64,000 bases of DNA from Octopus sinensis (Eukaryota): assembly GCF_006345805.1 (NCBI RefSeq), contig NC_043006.1, forward strand, positions 18,104,001 through 18,168,000. The letters run 5' to 3'. Shown one piece after another: positions 38,176-51,547 of this stretch. A model generated the notes under the pieces. It ran no database searches and was not told where the DNA came from. It saw only the letters and a program-made list of their open reading frames with translations. Both the position numbers and the translations under genes were made by a program. Position 1 is the stretch's first letter, and each line of letters starts with the position of its first letter.

Positions 38176-38899
38176 CATGCACCCATATAATGTTAGTAAT
38201 TTTTAAAACATCATTTCACTAAAGATATCAGATAGCTTTCTGGTTTGCTTATTGTTTATTGTAAATTAATTATGTTCATCAGTTGATATGAATTCACTAT
38301 GATCTAAACAGTTTTAGCTTTCTTTACCGCCACCATCACCACCACCACTGCCGTGGCTGCAGCCACCATCACCGCCACTACTGCCATCACCACAATAACA
38401 CTAAACAGATCAGATAATGAGTCAATAATTCTTTCAAAATTTGAGAGAAAGCCAGCAATTTTTTGAGGGGTGGGGGAATTGATTGCATCAAGCTCAGTGC
38501 TCAACCAGTATTTTATGTTATTGAAATCAAAAGGATGAAAGACTAAGTCAACTTCAGCAGCATTTGAACTCAGTATGTAAAGAACCATGCCCAGTGCAGT
38601 AACAATTCTGCCAAAAGGATCTATACAGTCTCTCAAATCATATCTGGGTATCTGCAAAGAAGGAAGAAAAAGTCATACATTGAATAATGTAGTGCAGGCA
38701 TAGCTGTGCGGTAAGAAGCTTGCTCCCCAACCACATTGTTCTGAGTTCAGTCCTACTGCAAGGCATCTTGAGCAAGTGTCTTTTACTATAGCCTTGGGCC
38801 AACCAAAGCCTTGTGAGTGGGTCTGGTGGACGGAAACTAAGAGAATCTCATCATATACATGTATGTGTGTGTGTGTGTGTGTGCGTGTGTGTGTGTGTG

Positions 38900-39285
38900 A
38901 TGATGATGATGATGATGATCATCATCATCATCATTTAGCGTCTGTTGTCCATGCAGGCATGGGTTGGACGGTTTGACCAAGGCTGCACCAGACTCCAGTC
39001 TGATTTGGCTGGATCCCCTTCCTAATGCCAACCACTTTGAGAGTATAATGGGTGTTTTATGTGCCACTGGCATGGGTGCTATTTGCATGACACTGGTATC
39101 TGCCGCAACTGAAATTTTATATGGCTTGACGAGTCTTCTTCTCAAGCATGACATAATGCCAAAGGTTTCAGTCATTGCCTCCATGAGGCCCATCATTTGA
39201 AAGGAACTTTTCACATGCCACCGGCATCAGCCACTTTGCGTCTGTGAAGCTCAATGCTTGAAAGGTGCTTTTTACATGTCATCAC
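38900..39285 (-). mobile_element. (GAT)n-tailed RTE-like 3' element, diverged
   Basis: Reverse-complement match; similar to 57130-57460. Confidence 0.75.
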
Positions 39286-40094
39286 TTCATGGGGCATAGG
39301 CAGAGATAATTGTTGCTATACTATTCTGCAAGACTAGCCTGAGCTTAAGTACTTTATCACACACTCTGACTGCCTCTATGACTTTGCTCCACTATTGTAC
39401 CTTGCAAAATGACCAGCTAAGCTAAGAAATTTCTCTAGTCTTAATCGCTCGTCATTCATTCATTTAACTCATGCTGTACCGAGATTTAAAACAACTTTCA
39501 AAATTTGTAATTCTTTAATTCTTCAAGTAACTTTCAAAATTCATTATTCTTTGACTCCTTACACTATTCTCTCCCTGTTTCATAACCCATGTGTTCCCAT
39601 ACTTTGCCATGATTTCCTCAGCAATCTCTCCTTCTCTCTCTAAAATTCGTTAACACTCTTGCCTTGTTTTATAACTTGTGTCTTTCTCAGTCTTGTCATG
39701 ATTTTCCTCCAGTGATCAAGTCTTTCAAATTTCTCTCTCTCTCTCTCTCTCCATCTCTCTCTCTCTCTCCCTCTCTCTTTCTCTCTCTGCCTCATTAGTG
39801 TCTTCTTACTGCTAATTCTATTTCCTGAGATGAAGCTGGCCCTTTATTTGACCACTTCCGGCTGTAGATTATATAAAGAACCCTTCACATATATATGTGT
39901 GTGTGTGTGTGTGAGTGTGTGTGTGTGAGTGTGTGCACGTATGTATGTATATATCTATGTGAGTGTGTCTTTGTGCCTGTGTTTGTTCCCCACTTTCACT
40001 TGACGACCAGTGTTGGTGTGTTTACATCCTTGTAGCCTAGTGGTTCAGAGAGAAAGGGAAATAAATGAAAGTTGCATTTCCTATTTTGCTACAG

Positions 40095-40138
40095 GATATC
40101 CTGGAATATGTTAGAACTTCCGGTAGGAAAGCCCACAG
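40095..40138 (+). CDS. Candidate 44-nt exon of an unidentified gene (DILEYVRTSGRKAHx or xISWNMLELPVGKPTx)
   Basis: Acceptor ttgcatttcctattttgctacag, donor CAG|gtaaca, and two frames open. Confidence 0.3.
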
Positions 40139-40947
40139 GTAACATTACCACCGGCTGATATAAATTTTGTGAAGAACCACAAAATTCTCTCTCTTCTTCT
40201 TCTTGCTTGGCTTTCTCTGGCACATTAGCTCTTTGCCTTACTGCTCAACTTGTACAATCACACACAGCTAACCTGATGCCTCGGACTTGCAACGACAAGC
40301 TCTATATTAGCAGCCTTTAGATAAAATAACAAGTTTGCATATATATCTATTCTGTTATTCCATGCATTCTCCTTTGTGCCACTCAAGTTGACATAAATAT
40401 AACATGTATTCAGAACCTGTCTTAACCACAACATAGAACAAGCCATTTGGAAACACCCACAGGCTTTCACTAAAAGACTAATAAATAAGTACTAAGCTTA
40501 AAAAAGTAATCCTATGTCGATTTGTTTAACTGAAACCCTTCGAGGTGGTGCCCCAGCATGGCCGTAATCAAATACTGAAACAAGTAAAAGAAAAAGGTAA
40601 AAGAAAGAAGTGTAATGTAGTCTTGGGTTTCTTCATACATTGGAAACAAAAAGAAAGATCGATAATAACTGAAATACTTTTGATCATAACAGATTTTCTC
40701 AAATGAGGCTGACCTGGGCTAAACAACAATAAAAACAACAAATTGAATAAAATTATTTACAGAGATTATTTAGATGTTCCCCTGGTGGTCAGCTATCACA
40801 AGGGAGACAATCCCTTCTAGATTAAATTAAGCTGAGACAGGTTGGAAAGTTAGAAATTTAAATCTAAGAGTACAGAATATATGCATTTAATATATTTTAT
40901 GTTATTGAAATCAAAAGGATGAAAGACTAAGTCAACTTCAGCAGAAT

Positions 40948-41495
40948 ATTGCCCAGGATATTAATCATCTGGAAACTGTTCAGTGCCGTGCAACCAAGAG
41001 AATACCCTCCATCAGGCATTTGCCATATTCTGAATGCCTTACTTCCCTGGGCATGGATACATTGAAACTCCGACGTCTGGCAGCTGACTGGCAGACACCC
41101 ATAAAGTTATTAACCATCTTACCAACAATAACTCTGAGCACCTTTTCAAACTCCACCTGTCTAACACCCATGGTCATGTTTATAAAGTCAGAAAACAGCA
41201 CAGCTACCATGACTTTCGGAAACATTTTTTCATGCTAAGAGTTGCTGAAGCATGGAACAAACTGCCGGCATCAGTTGTTAGTTGTCAGAGCACTGCATTC
41301 TTCAAAACTTCCATGCTTCCTGAGATTCACCAACACTACACCTGATTTTCTCCCCTACATACACATGCAAGCATGTATCTGACTCATACACTGTTCACTT
41401 TCCAGACATTTGTACATTACTGCATATGCTTTATACGCACTTTTGATAAGTTGTGGTGCACCTGAGCACTGTATACAATCATTTCGTTATTATTA
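40948..41495 (+). mobile_element. CR1-clade LINE 3' fragment
   Basis: DINHLETVQCRATKRIPSIRHLPYSECL...LRVAEAWNKLPASVV plus a 3' UTR ending in (TTA)n. Confidence 0.85.
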
Positions 41496-42702
41496 TTATA
41501 TTATTATATTTCATTTCCTTCACATTATTAAGATATTCAAATTTTCAGTCGTTGGTAGCCATTTCATCCTTCTTTTGAATTGTCAGCACGGCATTACTTG
41601 AGGAAAATAAATCACACTAAATTAATCATTTCAGGAAGCAAGCTAAGTTTTATTGGAAGAGAATAATGTATAGCTTAGAAGCCATTCATGGATTTTTTTC
41701 TGCCTCATCATATATCATAAATTGTTTAGCAAAGAATAAGATGAGAGAGAGAAGAATTTCTGACATACAAATTAATATTTTCTGTATGTACTTATAGGAA
41801 TTTTAAACATATGACAAAAGTTTCAAAGAGGAAACTGATGAGAACAGAAGAATAACAATTAACAAAAAAGAATATATATATAGGTGGACAGAGACTAATT
41901 GAAGTTGTTGCTGTTGTTGTTGTCTGAGCTGACCATCTATTTTTTGTGTCCATTCATTGTTTTACTTGCTGTAGTCATTGGACTGCAGCCATGCGGTAGC
42001 ACTGCCTTGAAAGCAATAATTGAATAAATCAACACTGGTGTTATTTTTTCAAAGTCTGCTTAAGTCTACTTAATATATCAGTATCTTTTACTGAACTGCT
42101 AAGTTACAGGAACACAAACAAATCAACACTGGTTGTCAAGCAGTCGTAGGAAGGCATATATATATATACATGCACATACATATGCATATATATGCATGTG
42201 TATATATACATCTATTTATATATACACACACACATACACATGTATTATGAATATATGTATATATAGCAAGAGAGAGAGAGATGAAAGGCTTCCATGCAGT
42301 TTCCACCTACCAAAGTCACTCACATGCTATTAATAAGTCCAGTCAATAAGAGACTCTTGCCTAAGGTGCTGTACAATGAGACTGAACTCAATACCCTGTG
42401 GTTGCAAAGCAAACTTCTTAACCACACAACCATGCCACTTTTTGTGTAGAGTGTTGGCTAAAACTGATATATTCTGTAATACAGTATAGTAAAGATTTCA
42501 TATATAGAAAAAGAGATAATCTAACAAGTATAATTTGAATAATAAAAAAGAAATTTTAATGAGCTAAGGGAAATAAATCAAATGGACCAATAGCATGAAT
42601 TTGGATAAATAAGTTAAAGTCTTCATATAGAATGTCATACAAGAAAAATTCCTAATATAAAATTTATCATTTAATGGGAGAATTTAAACAAAATCCTAAC
42701 AA

Positions 42703-43106
42703 GAGGTGCAGGAGTGGCTGTGTGGTAAGTAGCTTGTTTACCAACCACATGGTTCCGGGTTCAGTCCTACTGCGTGGCACCTTGGGCAAGAGTCTTCTAC
42801 TATAGCCTCGGGCCGACCAAAGCCTTGTGAGTGGATTTGGTAGATGGAAACTGAAAGAAGCCCGTCGTATATATGTATATATATATATATATATGTGTGT
42901 GCGTGTATGTTTGTGTTTGTCCCCCAGCATTGCTTGACAACTGATGCTGGTGTGCTTATGTCCCCGTCACTTAGCGGTTCAGCAAAAGAGACCGATAGAA
43001 TAAGTACTGGGCTTACAATGAATAAGTCCCGGGGTTGAGTTGCTCGATTAAAGGCGGTGCTCCAGCATGGCCGCAGTCAAATGACTGAAACAAGTAAAAG
43101 AGTAAG
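42703..43106 (+). mobile_element. SINE family A, full length
   Basis: Near-identical to 1364-1806. Confidence 0.9.
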
Positions 43107-43764
43107 AACTCTTAGTGACTTCCCCTCCAAAAAAGGGGGATAATTTTAAGGATTAAGAATTCATTTTTTTAAAAAATTATGTATGGAAAAGTATGGTGTG
43201 ATGTTTTATTCCAAGCAATGAAAAAATCATAGGCAAGCTCCATTTTCTAAAATTCTGTCTGTTACTAACGATTGCTGTTCATAAACAAATATTTATGAAG
43301 CACTTTAATAAGCAGGCAAGACAGCAGAATGTTTGGAATATGATCAAACAAAACTGGAACTAATAACCAAGAGATGTTGTTGAGTCAAAGAGAACTGGCT
43401 AAATCAAAAACAAAATTAATGAATATTGGAAGAATATTAAAATCCAAACATTCTTCAGATAAGAAGCCAAAATGTTCAATAGAAGTCAATATTTTCAGGT
43501 TTTGCTTATCAACCATAAAAATTTTAAAAGAACTTGTAAGGTCCAAGAATGATTGCAGAAATGTTCAGAACTAATGCCACCAAAATATGACTATATCACT
43601 AAAAGACAGGAAGAAAGACCAAAGAAGCAACCAAATAATATTGTAACGTGATTCATCTGGAACTCGATAAATTCAATTATATTTTGCTAATGTCTATAAC
43701 TTACATTTGCATTATACATGGCCATGCATGAGGACAGACCATTGTCAGTCTTGTGATTTCATGA

Positions 43765-44170
43765 AGGCAGGCGAGCTGGCAAAATGATTAGCACTCTCGG
43801 CAAAATGCTTAGTGGCATTTCATTTGTCTTTACATTCTGAGTTCAAATTCTGCCAAGGTCAACTTTACCTTTCATGCTTTCAAGGTTGATAAAATAAGTA
43901 CCAGTCATGCACTGGGGTCGAGATAATAGAGTTATAAGGTGGTGAGTTGGCAGAAACGTTAGCACACCGGGCGAAATGCTTAGCAGTATTTCGTCAGTTG
44001 CTACATTCTGAGTTTAAATTCCGCCCAGGTCGACTTTGCCTTTCATCCCTTCGGGGTCGATTAAATAAGTACCAGTTACGCACTGGGGTCGATAAAATTC
44101 AACTTGATCCATTTGTCTGTCCTTGTTTGTCCTCTCTGTGTTTAGCCCCTTGTGGGTAGTAAAGAAATAG
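43765..44170 (+). mobile_element. Two tandem SINE family D copies
   Basis: Heads at ~43767 and ~43937. Confidence 0.85.
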
Positions 44171-44756
44171 ATAATAGAGTTACCCACCGCCCCTGAAATT
44201 GCCAAAATTTGAAACCAATAGTGTGAGTTCATCAGAAGACACAAAACCACAGTTTCCCATCAGAGTTCTCATACCTGCACTTCATCCTCTGATAAGTCTG
44301 TTATATGACATCACTTAGTTGGTAGCCAACTCTGAGTATTGCAGACAATACCTTGCAAGTTATACCCACCTTACTGCTATCTTTTCACTACTTAATGATT
44401 TTTCAGTCTTGCAACTGACCAGTTCAAGCTTTAATTTTGTCTTTCTTTAGAAAACAACACAGATTATAGTCTGATAGAAAACAAAACGCATATAATGGCC
44501 TTGTCTCTTTCCTAAGGAGGAAGGTTACTAAAATATTTGAAAACATTTATAGGTGTTAATAAAATGTAATTATAAGATAATATATGAGATGTCTTCAAAT
44601 TTGAATGAAATTAACTGAAAGTTGTGATAGAAGATTTGGGGAATTTCAATTATATAAATATTTCATGACTTCAGCAAGTACAATGAGTGAGTCGTGGAGT
44701 CACAGTTTCAATCCCACTCCTATGATAATGATTATATATATATATATATATATATA

Positions 44757-45656
44757 TAGGTAAACAGTAAAAATAATTACAGACATGGACAAGAACATGA
44801 AACACCACAGAGATGACACAAGAACCACAGGACGGGACATTCGAAGCCCTCAGTCATCAGTCAAGAACCAGATCATCTTAGCAATTTCGGCTGATTAATC
44901 TTGAGATTGCTCCGATATGGCCAGCCCGCCAAGGGAAATCTAAGCCAAGCGCATTAGATCCCCTGGAAGAAAGCTTCGAATGTATACAACACGAGGACGG
45001 AAAACGAACGAAGTACACGAACAAAAATACAGAATACGTGACACCAATAAGAATACAAAAACATAAAAACAATAACGGTAAAAATAAAAAATAAACAACA
45101 AAACAAAACCAGGACGTAGGACAAGGGTCTTTCGACAGGACGAGTTGAGTATGGGCTGGCTTGTGAAGTTGTGCCTAATGGCCGCAGGGAGACGAACAAA
45201 TACGTGTTGCTTCTGCGACTGCTGAAACGAAAAGAGCGCTCAACAGCGGCTAGCGGTCACGTGAGAACAAAAGACAGGAGAAAGGGACAGATGAAAAGAG
45301 AGAGAAGGTGGACGAGGGAGGAGAAAAAGAGACAGATCGAGGGGGCTGGAGGTGAGAGAGATAGAGAAACGTAGAAGGGGGGGAAGACGGATGGAGAGGG
45401 AAAGAAAGGAAGGGGAATAAGGGAGGAGAGAGAGAGAGAGAAAGAGACAGATTAAGAGTCGTATCAATGCTTATCGTATAAGGACAATTGTGGATACGTA
45501 GCCGCCGATTATATAGGTAAACAGTAAAAATAATTACAGACATGGACAAGAACATGAAACACCACAGAGACGACACAAGAACCACAGGACGGGACATTCG
45601 AAGCCCTCAGTCATCAGTCAAGAACCAGATCATCTTAGCAATTTCGGCTGATTAAT
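44757..45656 (-). mobile_element. 900-bp non-coding element with 143-bp direct terminal repeats, inserted in (TA)n
   Basis: 44757-44899 and 45514-45656 are identical except for one substitution seen by eye. The interior is GA-rich with no TE ORF. Confidence 0.85.
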
Positions 45657-45742
45657 ATATATATACATACATATACACACACACACACACAAGTGAGTGG
45701 ACAAACAAAAGAAGAGCACTCAACACATTTATTGGGAGTTAC

Positions 45743-45876
45743 ATGTATGGATCAAAACAGTTGGATTCAAATTCTATGGTACTTAAAGTTTCAAAGCCAT
45801 TTGTAATAGGATAAGCATCACACTTTGAAACTTTAAGTACCACAGAATTTGAATCAAACTGTTTTGTTCCATATAT
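45743..45876. repeat. Hairpin/MITE-like palindrome (~54-bp arms, 26-nt loop)
   Basis: Core arms 45754-45796 and 45823-45865 match at 41 of 43 positions. Confidence 0.9.
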
Positions 45877-46094
45877 ATATAAATACACACACAAGTAAGC
45901 ACATAAATGCAAAACAAGGTGGAAAATATAGTACTTTAATATTGAAGGTAGAGTAATATACTTTTTTTATTAGATCTGCAAAAAAATCACAAAAACTGTT
46001 ACTCAGAGTTTCATGTTCCCATTCATCTGACGAACAAGGATGTGAAACTCTGAGTAATAGTTTATGTAATGTTTTTGAAGCTTTAATAAAAAAG

Positions 46095-46129
<35 letters not shown>

Positions 46130-46134
<5 letters not shown>

Positions 46135-46360
46135 GCACGTAAAAAGCACCATCCTATCGTGGCCGTTTGCCAGTCTCATGTGGCACGTAAAAGGCACCCA
46201 GTACACTCACGGAGTGGTTGGCATTAGGAAGGGCATCCAGCTGTAGAAACACTGCCAGATCAGACTGGGCCTGGTGCAGCCTTCTGGCTTCCCAGACCCC
46301 AGTTGAACTGTCCAACCCATGCTAGCTTGGAAAGCGGACATTAAACGATGATGATGATGT
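46130..46360 (+). mobile_element. (GAT)n-tailed RTE-like 3' element
   Basis: Family match. Confidence 0.85.
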
Positions 46361-46407
46361 GTATGTATGTATGTATGTATGTATATATATATATATATGC
46401 ATGAATG

Positions 46408-46456
<49 letters not shown>

Positions 46457-46599
46457 CTACATCGATATATAAGAGTAAGAAGATCTAGGGATCCAAGTGT
46501 AGGAAGTTTGTAAGCTTCAAGCACTCAGTGGCAGGTATAGAAAACAAAAAGTGGACTATGTACAATCAGAAACAATAACACCAAGTCCTTTGTGAGCCG

Positions 46600-47225
46600 C
46601 TCTCCGGCTATCTATCTGCAGCTTTATATAGCTATGGTATGACCTCACCTGTAATTTGCATCATCGGTCTGGAACCCCTATCTTGCCCAGGATATTAATC
46701 ATCTGGAAGCTGTTCAGTGACGTGCAACCAAGAGAATTCCCTCCATCAGGCATTTGCCATATTCTGAATGCCTTACTTCCCTGGGCATGGATACATTGAA
46801 ACTCCGACATCTGGCAGCTGACTTGGCAGACATCCATAAAATTATTAACCATCTTACAAACAATAACTCTGAGCACCTTTTCAAACTCCACCTGTCTAAC
46901 ACCCGTGGACATGTTTACAAAGTCAGAAAACAGCACAGCTCCCATGACTTTAGGAAACATTTTTTCAAGCTAAGGGTTGCTGAAGCATGGAACAAACTGC
47001 CGGCATCAGTTAGTTGTCGGAGCACTGCATCCATCAAAACTTCCATGCTTCCTGAGAATCACCAACACTACATCTGATTTTCTCCCCTCCATACACACAC
47101 AAGCATGTATCTAACTCATACATTGTTCACTTCCCAGACATTTGTACATTACTGCATATGCTTTATACGCACTTTTGACAAGTTGTGGTGCACCTGAGCA
47201 CTGTATACAATCATTTCATTTCATT
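46600..47225 (+). mobile_element. CR1-clade LINE 3' fragment (same family as 40948)
   Basis: FASSVWNPYLAQDINHLEAVQ*RATKR...TRGHVYKVRK...FFKLRVAEAWNKLP. Confidence 0.88.
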
Positions 47226-47235
47226 GTATTTGTAT

Positions 47236-47294
<59 letters not shown>

Positions 47295-49537
47295 CTAAGT
47301 TTTATATATACACAAAATTATATATGTTGGCTGCTAAATTGCTTATATGTATTGCTATTGTATCCACTAATATCAACTATAGAATTACAAAAATATCTAG
47401 AAATAAATGCTAGAAAGCTAATACAAATACCTATGAAACACAAGCTAAGAGACTCTTTTATTTCTTCAAAGAAGCTAACAAATACAAAACAGAGACTGAA
47501 ATGAGAGCCAGTTTAGAAAGTAAGATAAGAGAGCAAACAGAAATTATAAAAATACTAAATTCTAAGCCAAAAATGGACAGCAGATACTATAATAAGGCAC
47601 TGGCTATAAATGACCCTGTAAGACCAATGCCTGAAAAAAAGCTATGATGAATACATTTTTCACTTCTCTTCAAGGTTTTGTACCATTAGCTAAAGTTAGT
47701 ACAAAAAGCTATATAAATATATAAGTATAGTCTGCTATGTAGATAGTAAGCTTACTCTATAAATAGTATAGTAAGCTACATAAATATTTCCAACAAATTC
47801 AACTTATTTCTGTTTCAAGTTAAACAATTTTACTTTTCATCTTCACTAAACGAAATACAGCTTCAGTGAAATGAAAGCTTATAAGATATTCAGATGATAT
47901 ATTTTATTACATTTTCTTGTTCTTCTGAGGAAATTCTGTTCTACTTAAGATCTAAATTATGTTTGCTGACCAGTTGAATAATCATCACAATCTTTTTCTC
48001 CACCTCTAGTCAATCTATTGGAGAATTTACCAATTATTCAATTATTTTATTACTTCAAAGCAATTAGTGGACCAAGTAGTGGTCTAAATTAACAGTAGTT
48101 TCTGTTATCAAGCAAAAGTACAGATAAGATACAGCAGTTCACTGCTAGGTGTATTCATCCTCATACTTGAATGTGCTTTGGTTATATCACAGACTCATTA
48201 ATGCTGCCACACTAACTAAATACTGTTTCAGATTTCTATGAGTCTTGAAACTCATTTTTACCAGCTGAGTGGATAGGAGCAACATAAAGTAAAGTACCTT
48301 GCTTAATGATACAATGCAACTCCTAGACTTCCAATCAAACCCACAATTTTATGAACAAGAGCCTAGTTGCTTAACCACTAAGCAAAGTGTTTAGTCTTTG
48401 GGAAAAAAGTTATCTGATATTTCTATTCAATGACTTATACATGTAAGTTCTTATATTCTAAATTTTGTTTAGCCTAAGGGTAACAAACTGGTAGAATCAT
48501 TGGTGCATTGAGAAACAAGCATTGAAATATTTGTTCCAGTTCTTTACATTATGAATTCAAATTTCATTATGGTGTATTTTGCCTTTCATCCCTCCAATGC
48601 CAACAAAACAAAGGATCAGTCAAGTCCTGGAGTCAGTAGTACCAATTAACCCCTTCTCTTCAAAACTACTGGCTTTGAAGCATAAAAACAATTAAGGACT
48701 GTCGATTGCAGAATTGTTAGAGCATCAAACAAAATACTTTGTGATATTTCTTTTGGCTCTTTACATTCTGTGCTTAAATCCTGCCTTGTACCTAAATTCG
48801 AAACCATTACTTTTTAGCTTCAAGGTTATCCCCTCATCAAGTATAACTATAATCAAAAGTGTTCCAATAATGACCATCCCAATTATTATTTCATGCATAG
48901 TGTATCTGTGACCATATGACTCAATGAATGATAAGGTCATGGATTTGCTTAAGTGGGCACAATGTTATTTAATTGAGATCAAAAGGGTCAGAAGTTCTTC
49001 CTGGTTTCATAGAATCTGTAGCATGTATATTTCCTGGACAGGACACGAGTCCATCACAGGATTAGTAGAGCAACATGAAATGAAGTGTTTTGCTCAAGAA
49101 CACGACACATCACCCAGTCCAGGGATCAAAAACACACTCTCACAATCATGAGTACAACACCCTAACCACTAAGCCATGCACCTAATCAAGAGATACCTAA
49201 CAGTAAATACGTAGCATAGAAAATGATAAATAACTCACTTTGCAGTCACTCAACTTGCTAAAAATAGTAGCAACATTTCTCTTAAATCACATCTAAAAAG
49301 ATATCTTTTTGAAATCAGCATTTTAAAAAGATAGGTCTGTATCTGCATACAAGCTCCCTCATGGACTTGCTTACATTATAGTGCTAGTTGGCCATTATCT
49401 ATTGTTGTTTAGCCCCATATCAATCCTGATCAGGATAGCTAGGATCAAAAATGTTTCAGCTGTGATGGTCACATTTCTTTAAATTCAAACACAGTGTGTC
49501 TAGTACTATATTGTAAAAGTACCTTTTCTTTTTTTAA

Positions 49538-49790
49538 CCCTTTAGCATTCTTGTTATTCTATCAAAAGTAATAATTATTTATTCACATTGCTTTGAATTA
49601 ATCATGTGTCATGTGGGAGATTTTGATGAGGTAACTGTTAATTTTTAGGATAATATTGTAGGATAAATGTGATAAGCCAGATCTGGCCAGATCTGTTTGA
49701 CATAAAACAGCTGGAATATTTTGGTCAGTTATGGCCAGTTTGGATGCTTACTAAAAACAGCTTTAAGTGTTAAAGCTGTTTTTAGTAAGC
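49538..49790. mobile_element. piggyBac-like MITE with a rearranged right end forming a perfect 21-bp-arm palindrome (49746-49790)
   Basis: Left end TTAA|CCCTTTAGCATTC; palindrome gcttactaaaaacagctttaa-gtg-ttaaagctgtttttagtaagc. Confidence 0.55.
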
Positions 49791-49799
49791 CACATCTGG

Positions 49800-50180
49800 T
49801 ACACCATTGCTAGTAGTTCCCCATGATTTAGCAAGGTGATACTGAGACCCCTTTTGGTCATGACTGAACATGGGATTGCACTTAGAAAGTTACCCTCCCG
49901 AGCACAAGTCTAGGCAAGGTTGTTTATGGAAGACCAACAGTTGCCCATGCATACCGGCCTCCCTTCTCCACGCCACCAGTGTTATCCAAGGGAAAGGCAA
50001 AGGCCGATACAGCTTGGCACCTGTGATGTCGCAACTCATTTCTACAGCTGAGTGAACTGGAGCAACGTGAAATAAAGTATCTTGCTCAAGAACACAACAC
50101 ACAGCCCAGTCCGGGATTCGAACTCACAACCTCACGATCGTAAGCTCGATGCTCTAACCACTGAGCCATGTACCTTCAGC
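49800..50180 (-). mobile_element. SINE family C head and core with an alternative tail
   Basis: 50030-50180 matches 11130-11288; 49800-50030 is unrelated to the tail of that copy. Confidence 0.75.
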
Positions 50181-50769
50181 AAGGTGATAAATAACATGGT
50201 TATCCAATGAGTCCATTAAGTTGTTATTCATTAGGTTATTACACTCAACTCAGTAATACTCTGTAATTATTAGTTCACTAATGTGCTGCAGAGTTCCTGT
50301 ATTCTATTGGAATCACATCAGCTTTCAGTTTCACTGAACTGGAAAAGTTCTTGCATTACCACCTACACGCATGTACAGACAGTGTTGTGGATGTCTGATG
50401 CACACTTTTCTCTTTGCTTCTCATCACTTTTACTGTAACCCTTCCTCAAGCCACCACATTAAATATTTTCCTCATCCTTCGTCTCCAGAACTGAATCTGT
50501 CTGGAACACCAAGTTGCAAATGTTCAAGCTAAACACCAACAGTATCGATCTTGCCATTGCCAACCAACAGGAGACTCTATAAAATCATTAGACATGTTAA
50601 AAATAGCAACCAAATCTACTTCAAATTACATCCTACCATGATGAAAATGAGGATACATTAGATAGTGTGATTCCTAGATATACAGTGACTGAAAAAATGA
50701 TATGATGGCCATAAATGGAACAGCATTGATATAGAACTGATCTGACTTAATGTTTAGCAGCAACAACAA

Positions 50770-51149
50770 GCAGGTGCAATGGCCTAGTGGTTAGGGCAGT
50801 GGACTCGCAGTCGGAGGATCGCGGTTTCGATTCCCAGACCAGGTGTTGTGTGTGTTTATTGAGCAAAAGCACCTAAAGCTCCCCGAGGCTCCGGCAGGGG
50901 GTGGTGGCGACCTGTGTTGTACTCTTTCGCCCCAACTTTCTCTCACTCTTTCTTCCTGTTTCTTGTCTCCGACTTCCTACGCAACCGCTGAGCCTGGATG
51001 CACATTCATCCATCCGTCGATGCTCTCGGTGTTGGGGGTTGACCTGCTTTCTCTTCTGCGGGTCTTACGAATAGCAAAGGACCATGTTTCAGACGTCTCC
51101 CATCTTGCGAGCTCTGGGACAAAGAATGTTCGCTCAACAGCAACAGCAA
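50770..51149 (+). mobile_element. SINE family B, tail type 3 ((CAA/CAG)n)
   Basis: Shared head; 14-bp TSD AGCAGCAACAACAA at 50756-50769 and 51150-51163. Confidence 0.85.
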
Positions 51150-51221
51150 CAGCAGCAACAACAATCTTAATAGTTAAATATGTCTTTCAAAGGATTGAAC
51201 ACTAATTTTCTTTTTCAGACT

Positions 51222-51297
<76 letters not shown>

Positions 51298-51547
51298 TTG
51301 GGAAGTGGAGTTGGGAGAAGGACATCACGGCTCAGTTCACCCATCGGATGCCTACATGCATGGCCAAACCACCACAAGTGCCGTTGCAGAAGGACAGATG
51401 GAAGGGGCCACAGAGACAGGCAAAGTCAGAGATTGGCAGTGGGAACTCGACCCACCCGACAGCAGTGAAGAATGCACCGGAGGCAGTCATTGTCGAAGAC
51501 TTCCAGCTTCATTGATCAACCACCCCCATAGGCCACATTTCACAGCC

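Noticed and set aside
43300-43640. Possible decayed RTE C-terminal remnants (also ~1865-2035 and ~28860-28960 on -)
   Set aside because: The similarity is too faint by eye to list as supported features.
51305-51547. N-terminal extension of the 260-aa ORF
   Set aside because: It lies upstream of the transposase-like region, has no recognisable domain, and is probably non-coding leader read-through.
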